A stretch of 11,725 bases of DNA, from UHGV virus genome UHGV-0243446, one strand, 5' to 3'. Source of the DNA: a virus. Below the pieces are notes generated by a model. That model saw nothing but the letters and a program-made list of their open reading frames with translations. It was not told the DNA's origin and made no database searches. Positions within the stretch are counted from its first letter, which is position 1, and the number at the start of each line of letters is the position of its first letter. Positions 7,576-11,725 of the stretch are shown piece after piece. A program made the position numbers and the translations under genes.

Positions 7576-8288
7576 ACCAGCCTTAGTTTTGTCTCAATTG
7601 CAACGCCTATAATCTTGCAGTTTCCATTGATTGGCACGAGAGGCCATGCAGGATTAAGTCCCTTGAGGTATTTATTTCCGCCGTCGATTATCAGCTTCTT
7701 GAATGTTGCTTCGTTAGAGTCAGAAAGTTTTGCTATGACCAAGCTGCCGTTGATCGCCTCCCTTCCGGTATCGAAAAGAACGAATGTTCCCTCTGGAATG
7801 CTTAACCCAACCGGTGCCGTCATTGAATCACCTTCCACTTTAAGCCAGAACGCATTACCTTGAATATGCGCGTCAGACTCAAGCCAAACATCTATGTCTT
7901 TAATGGTGTATGGTTCGCATGCTTCACACCACGAGCCAGCCTGGATACTGCTTAACACCGGATACCTCTTTCCTGCTCTGTATTCCCCTGCATACCTTAC
8001 GTTGGCATCGCTCTTAAGGCTTTCTGCCTGTTCTGCAACCTTGGCAGCAATTGACTGGCTAAAATCAGCAATTGAGACTTGCAACAGTCGTGCAAAACCA
8101 GATGCAACCTCAACGTTTAGCGCGTTTCTGCCATTAAGATAATGCCCTACCGCTCCTTGGGTGATACCCAGTTCATCAGCGATTGAGTATTGGGTTATTC
8201 CCAATTCTTTCTTTTTTGACTCATACAAAGCCTTAAGCCGCTTAGCGTCTTCGAGCTGTTCTGTCGTCAGTGATTTTTTATTTTCCAT
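7572..8288 (-). CDS. cI: cI-type phage repressor (HTH N-domain plus S24 LexA-like autoprotease C-domain)
   Basis: N-terminus MENKKSLTTEQLEDAKRLKALYESKKKELGITQYSIADELG resembles lambda cI. Ala-Gly cleavage site in IQAGSW. Catalytic Ser in GDSM and Lys in FKKL. Start codon abuts the operator region. Confidence 0.92.
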   Translation of the reverse strand: MENKKSLTTEQLEDAKRLKALYESKKKELGITQYSIADELGITQGAVGHYLNGRNALNVEVASGFARLLQVSIADFSQSIAAKVAEQAESLKSDANVRYAGEYRAGKRYPVLSSIQAGSWCEACEPYTIKDIDVWLESDAHIQGNAFWLKVEGDSMTAPVGLSIPEGTFVLFDTGREAINGSLVIAKLSDSNEATFKKLIIDGGNKYLKGLNPAWPLVPINGNCKIIGVAIETKLRLV

Positions 8289-8394
8289 AGCTTAATTCTA
8301 ATAGCTAAGGTACTTAAACTAAAAATACCCTGAGTATTGATTGCTTTGAATACCTGTAGTATTCTTTGTTCATGGTTAATAACGGAGAGTGCAT
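8289..8394. promoter_or_regulatory. OR operator region with divergent PRM and PR promoters
   Basis: Dyad sites AATACCCTGAGTATT (8324-8338) and GAATACCTGTAGTATTC (8348-8364); possible weak third site about 8299-8316. PR: -35 TTGATT (8337-8342), 17-bp spacer, -10 TATTCT (8360-8365). PRM on the minus strand: -10 TAGAAT (8300-8295), weak -35 TTTAGT (8323-8318), start at or near the cI AUG (leaderless). Confidence 0.65.
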
Positions 8395-8589
8395 ATGATT
8401 CGAATGACACTTGCCGATTACGCCAAAATCCATGGACAGGCTAAAGCAGCCAGTGACTTTGGTGTAATCCAGTGCGCTATCAGCAAGGCCATTCTGGCAG
8501 GCCGTAACATTATGGTTACGGTAAAGCCTGATGGCAGTGTGATTGGAGAGGAAGTTCGTCCTTTCCCAAGCAACAAGAAAAACAAATAG
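8395..8589 (+). CDS. cro: Cro repressor
   Basis: Product [64 protein letters not shown] resembles lambda Cro. GGAGAG RBS at 8384-8389. The track start at 8389 is a GTG; ATG at 8395 is preferred. Confidence 0.88.
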   Translation: MIRMTLADYAKIHGQAKAASDFGVIQCAISKAILAGRNIMVTVKPDGSVIGEEVRPFPSNKKNK

Positions 8590-8595
8590 TAACAC

Positions 8596-8640
8596 CGCTC
8601 TTTAACAGTCATGGTCCTCATTCCCGCCGAAATGCGGGAA
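8596..8640 (+). promoter_or_regulatory. nutR: boxA (CGCTCTTTAACA, 8596-8607) plus boxB hairpin (8621-8640)
   Basis: boxA matches the lambda boxA core CGCTCTT. boxB TTCCCGC-CGAAAT-GCGGGAA is a perfect 7-bp stem and is identical to the nutL boxB. Confidence 0.75.
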
Positions 8641-8697
8641 TACAACGCGCATCAGTTGGTGCGTATAACTTCTTATTTATTAAGGAAATACTTACAT

Positions 8698-8976
8698 ATG
8701 CAACTTACAAGTACTCGCAAGAAAGCGAATGCAATTACAAGCAACATCCTGAATCGAATTGCTGTACGTGGTCAGCGAAAGGTTGCTGATGCATTAGGGA
8801 TTAATGAATCGCAAATTTCGCGATGGAAAGACAGCTTTATCCCAAAGATGGCCATGCTTCTGGCTGTGCTGGAGTGGGGTGTTGAAGACGAGGAATTAGC
8901 GGAGCTGGCAAAGAAAGTAGCCATGGTGCTGACAAAAGAAAAGCCTCAAGACTGCTGCAACAGTTTTGAGGCCTGA
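8698..8976 (+). CDS. cII: cII transcriptional activator
   Basis: ATG at 8698 with AAGGAA RBS. Product ...ESQISRWKDSFIPKMAMLLAVLEWGV... resembles lambda cII (KSQISRWKRDWIPKFSMLLAVLEWGV). The track start at 8611 lies inside nutR and has no RBS. Confidence 0.85.
   Translation: MQLTSTRKKANAITSNILNRIAVRGQRKVADALGINESQISRWKDSFIPKMAMLLAVLEWGVEDEELAELAKKVAMVLTKEKPQDCCNSFEA
8700..8745 (-). promoter_or_regulatory. PRE-like cII-dependent promoter (TTGC-N6-TTGC on the minus strand at 8731-8744)
   Basis: Plus strand reads GCAA-TTACAA-GCAA inside the 5' end of cII, the position of PRE in lambda. The -10 element is not confidently located. Confidence 0.5.
8930..8972 (-). terminator. Intrinsic terminator on the minus strand (oop-RNA-like antisense terminator inside the cII 3' end)
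   Basis: 12-bp stem GCCTCAAGACTG/CAGTTTTGAGGC with a 6-nt loop (8943-8972). On the minus strand it is followed by a U-rich tract (complement of ACAAAAGAAAA, 8932-8942). Confidence 0.5.
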
Positions 8977-9010
8977 TGTAGAAAGACTGGATCAATCCAC
9001 AGGAGTAATT

Positions 9011-9172
9011 ATGACAAAACGTCGTAAGAAATACCAGGAAAAAGAAGAGATTCGACACCCTGATTCACCTGAGGGATTAGTGGTAGCCGCAGCAAATAAC
9101 AGGGCGTTCGCAGAGCGCCTTGTTGGTGTTTACAGACTAGCCAAAGCAGGAGTGAAGCATGGGCGTCGTTAA
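9011..9172 (+). CDS. Hypothetical small basic protein (53 aa) between cII and the replication initiator
   Basis: ATG about 9011 with AGGAG RBS about 6 nt upstream; its stop overlaps the start of the downstream O-like ORF. The track's longer version begins with TTG at 8966 inside cII. Confidence 0.35.
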   Translation: MTKRRKKYQEKEEIRHPDSPEGLVVAAANNRAFAERLVGVYRLAKAGVKHGRR

Positions 9173-10049
9173 GTTAGCTGATTACAGGCATAACCCTGTA
9201 CAACATCAGGAGGCATCCAGTATGGGGTATGTCTCTATACACCGCCAGTTTATGGACAGCAGGCTCTATAAGGACTCTCAGGCAGTACATCTTTGGCTTC
9301 ACTTAATCCTCAAGGCTAATCACGAATCTACTGTCGTCAATACGGATATCGGTCCGATAACTGTTGATCGCGGTCAGATGATAACTGGACGCCCGTCGCT
9401 GGTCAGAGAAACATTCATCCCCGACAACAAAGTTCGGAGCTTATTACGGACTTTTGAGTCGAAAGGGATGCTTAATATTTGCTCGATGGGGAAGAAATTT
9501 AGCCTGTTTACAATCGTTAAATATGACGATTTTCAGGCAAAAAATTGTCCAACGGTTGTCCAACGGTTGTCCAACGCAAACACCAGTAATGGCGCGGCTC
9601 TCAGCGGAGATTGTCCAACGGTTGTCCAACGGTTGTCCATAAACAATAATATAAATAATATCTCTAATACTGACGTATTAGAGAGTGCCACAGCAGACAA
9701 AAAGTCTGACAAGAAAAAACCTTCCGTCAGCTGTCAGGATGTTGTCGATGCTTACCACGAAATCCTTCCTGAAGCGCCAAGAATCCGCGCACTGAATGAC
9801 AAGCGTAAAAACCAGATCCGAACGTTCTGGCGCAAAGCCGGAGTGATAACCCGCCAGCTTGACGGGCATGGGTTCACGATGCAGGACTGGAGAAATTATT
9901 TGAGCTACGTAGGCGAAAATTGCCGATGGATGTTCGAAGAACGCCCAAACCATCAACGCGGAACCGTCTGGCACAAAAAGGGATTTGATTTCCTGCTTAA
10001 CGACAATACCTACCTGAAAGTTCGTGAGGGTGAACACGATGACCGATAA
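9159..10049 (+). CDS. Replication initiator (lambda O-like / replisome organiser) containing the origin iterons
   Basis: Sits in the O position and is translationally coupled to the helicase. Iterons and an AT-rich tract lie inside the coding sequence, as ori-lambda lies inside O. An alternative start at ATG 9222 has a strong AGGAGG RBS. Confidence 0.7.
   Translation: MGVVKLADYRHNPVQHQEASSMGYVSIHRQFMDSRLYKDSQAVHLWLHLILKANHESTVVNTDIGPITVDRGQMITGRPSLVRETFIPDNKVRSLLRTFESKGMLNICSMGKKFSLFTIVKYDDFQAKNCPTVVQRLSNANTSNGAALSGDCPTVVQRLSINNNINNISNTDVLESATADKKSDKKKPSVSCQDVVDAYHEILPEAPRIRALNDKRKNQIRTFWRKAGVITRQLDGHGFTMQDWRNYLSYVGENCRWMFEERPNHQRGTVWHKKGFDFLLNDNTYLKVREGEHDDR
9545..9643. repeat. Phage replication origin iterons: six copies of an 11-bp repeat TTGTCCAACGG in two triplets
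   Basis: Copies at 9545-9577 and 9611-9643 with 11-bp register. Followed by an AT-rich tract (9641-9665) and a 9-bp inverted repeat CTCTAATAC-TGAC-GTATTAGAG (about 9660-9685). Confidence 0.75.
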
Positions 10050-11475
10050 TTTTTATGCGCCGCCCCATAGCATCGAGGCAGAGCAGGCGGTTATTGGTGG
10101 ATTGCTTCTGGATGATGACAGCAGTGAGCGCGTCCGGAAAGTTCTGGCGATGCTGAAGCCTGATTCATTTTACAGCCGACCACACAAAATCCTTTTCGAA
10201 GAAATAACCAGAATGCACCGGGAGCAAAAGCCAGTAGATGGGCTGACGCTTTTCGATGAACTGGAGCGCAAATCGTTAACGGCGTCTGTTGGCGGTTTTG
10301 CTTATATCGCTGAGATCGCAAAGAACACGCCAAGCGCAGCAAACATCGTTGCCTATGCAATGCAGGTTCGTGAAACCGCAATGGAACGCTACGCCATCAA
10401 CCGCATGACTGAAGCGACGGAATTGCTCTATTCCCGCAACGGAATGACTGCAACGCAGAAGTACGAAGCTATTCAGGCGATTTTCACGCAACTGATAGAT
10501 CATGCAAAAACCGGATCGCGTCGCGGCCTTCGCTCATTTGGTGAGGTCATGGAAGACTGGGTTAGTGACCTTGAGAAGCGATTTGACCCATCAGGCGAAC
10601 AACGGGGAATGAGCACAGGGATCCCATCGCTGGACAGGATGCTGTCACCGAAAGGTCTGGTGAAAGGCTCTCTGTTTGTCATTGGCGCCCGCCCTAAGAT
10701 GGGGAAAACGACGCTATACAGCCAGATGGCAATCAATTGCGCAGTGCATGAGAAAAAGCCCGCTTTGATGTTCAGCCTTGAAATGCCAGGTGATCAGATA
10801 CTGGAAAAACTGGTAGGGCAGAAGTCTGGTGTTAACCCGAATATTTTTTACCTTCCGGCGACAAATGACGCTGATGACGGCTATCAGGGTGATTACGATG
10901 GTGACTTCAACAGGGCGATCGAAACAGCCAATCGCTTGAGTGAAATCGACCTGCTTTACATCGACGACACGCCGGGATTATCTCTGGCTCAAATCGTCAG
11001 CGAAAGCCGTCGAATCAAGCGAGAAAAAGGATGTGTTGGCATGATTCTGGTCGATTACCTGACACTAATGACCGCTGAGAAGGCCGATCGCAACGACCTT
11101 GCTTACGGCATGATCACCAAAGGACTGAAGAACCTTGCCAAAGAGCTTGATTGCGTTGTTGTGCTTCTGACACAGCTTAACCGCGCACTGGAAAGCCGAA
11201 CCAATAAACGCCCATTACCAAGTGACTCACGAGATACAGGGCAGATTGAACAGGATTGCGATTATTGGGTCGGGATCCATCGTGAAGGCGCTTTTGATGA
11301 CAGTGTTCCACCTGGTGAAACTGAACTAATCCTTCGTCTCAATCGTCATGGCAATACCGGCACGGTGTATTGCATTCAGGCAAATGGCGCTATTTATGAC
11401 ACAGACCAACAGTCTGCTGAAATGCGCCGCCGTGAACGCGAGGAACCGCAGTCCAAGAAGAAAGGAGGATTCTGA
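10039..11475 (+). CDS. DnaB-family replicative DNA helicase
   Basis: N-terminal PHSIEAEQAVIGGLL motif typical of DnaB. Walker A GARPKMGKTT; Walker B-like ILVDYLTLM. ATG 10039 with GAGGGTGA RBS overlaps the O-like stop. The track start at 10024 is a GTG. Confidence 0.9.
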   Translation: MTDNFYAPPHSIEAEQAVIGGLLLDDDSSERVRKVLAMLKPDSFYSRPHKILFEEITRMHREQKPVDGLTLFDELERKSLTASVGGFAYIAEIAKNTPSAANIVAYAMQVRETAMERYAINRMTEATELLYSRNGMTATQKYEAIQAIFTQLIDHAKTGSRRGLRSFGEVMEDWVSDLEKRFDPSGEQRGMSTGIPSLDRMLSPKGLVKGSLFVIGARPKMGKTTLYSQMAINCAVHEKKPALMFSLEMPGDQILEKLVGQKSGVNPNIFYLPATNDADDGYQGDYDGDFNRAIETANRLSEIDLLYIDDTPGLSLAQIVSESRRIKREKGCVGMILVDYLTLMTAEKADRNDLAYGMITKGLKNLAKELDCVVVLLTQLNRALESRTNKRPLPSDSRDTGQIEQDCDYWVGIHREGAFDDSVPPGETELILRLNRHGNTGTVYCIQANGAIYDTDQQSAEMRRREREEPQSKKKGGF

Positions 11476-11555
11476 TGACCATCTACATCACTGAGCTAAT
11501 AACAGGCCTGCTGGTAATCGCAGGCCTTTTTATTTGGGGGAGAGGGAAGTCATGA
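11475..11555 (+). CDS. Possible hydrophobic micro-ORF (26 aa)
   Basis: ATG overlaps the helicase stop (TGATG) with AAGGAGGA upstream. Product MTIYITELITGLLVIAGLFIWGRGKS; its stop overlaps the ninB start. Could be non-coding. Confidence 0.2.
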   Translation: MTIYITELITGLLVIAGLFIWGRGKS

Positions 11556-11725
11556 AAAAACTAACCTTTGAAATTCGATCTCCGGCACATCAGCAAAACG
11601 CTATTCACGCAGTACAGCAAATCCTTCCAGACCCAACCAAACCAATCGTAGTAACCATTCAGGAACGCAACCGCAGCTTAGACCAAAACAGGAAGCTATG
11701 GGCCTGCTTAGGTGACGTCTCTCGT
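11552..11725 (+). CDS. ninB: NinB (Orf-family recombination protein), 5' partial, runs off the window
   Basis: Product MKKLTFEIRSPAHQQNAIHAVQQILPDPTKPIVVTIQERNRSLDQNRKLWACLGDVSR matches my recollection of the lambda NinB N-terminus. GGGAAG RBS upstream. Confidence 0.8.
   Translation, partial: MKKLTFEIRSPAHQQNAIHAVQQILPDPTKPIVVTIQERNRSLDQNRKLWACLGDVSR

Noticed and set aside
8314-8645. Minus-strand ORFs 8314-8595 and 8418-8645 antisense to cro
   Set aside because: They overlap the well-supported cro gene and operator region and have no RBS. PRE-type leftward transcription through here is expected to be non-coding until cI.
8611-8697. Upstream ATG at 8611 as the cII start
   Set aside because: It lies inside nutR (boxA/boxB) immediately after the cro stop and has no RBS. 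The ATG at 8698 has an AAGGAA RBS and gives a product that aligns with the lambda cII N-terminus.
8641-8697. Possible tR1-like hairpin (ACGCGCA...TGCGT) followed by a T-rich run between nutR and cII
   Set aside because: The stem is imperfect and short. Lambda tR1 is Rho-dependent, so the absence of a clean intrinsic terminator is expected; not reported as a feature.
9444-9642. ORFs 9444-9629 (minus) and 9454-9642 (plus) across the iteron region
   Set aside because: They are repetitive translations of the origin iterons in alternative frames, inside the well-supported O-like reading frame.
9545-9643. Direct repeats considered as a possible CRISPR array
   Set aside because: Repeats are only 11 bp and contiguous, with no spacers of CRISPR size, no leader and no cas genes. 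They lie in-frame inside the replication initiator, so they are origin iterons.
10024-10038. GTG at 10024 as the helicase start
   Set aside because: The ATG at 10039 follows a GAGGGTGA RBS and overlaps the O-like stop; the first five track residues are probably not translated.

Overview
This window is the immunity, early-left and replication region of a mosaic lambdoid (lambda-like) prophage. Gene order and several proteins are recognisably lambda-type. Reading left to right: a leftward early operon (minus strand, about 124-6817) carrying accessory genes, a Rad52-like annealase plus SSB recombination module, and cIII-, Ral-, orf28- and N-like genes; then nutL and PL/OL (about 6924-7100); a small 3-TM membrane protein in the rex position (7186-7575); the cI repressor (7572-8288); the OR/PRM/PR switch (8289-8394); cro, nutR, cII (with an internal PRE-type TTGC-N6-TTGC site and an oop-like antisense terminator); an O-like initiator with origin iterons inside the gene; a DnaB-family helicase; and the start of ninB. 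No tRNA, rRNA, CRISPR, IS element or integrase was seen. The least explained, most interesting parts are the rex-locus membrane protein, the paralogous and motif-bearing accessory genes at the far left, and an SSB whose canonical DDDIPF C-terminus is buried by a 15-aa extension. All homology calls rest on my recall of protein families and of lambda gene layout, not on a search. CDS ends follow the supplied ORF track; coordinates I counted by hand for short motifs are approximate (+/- 3 nt), because my reading disagreed with the track by 1-2 nt in two places (near 5900-5940 and 9120-9180).
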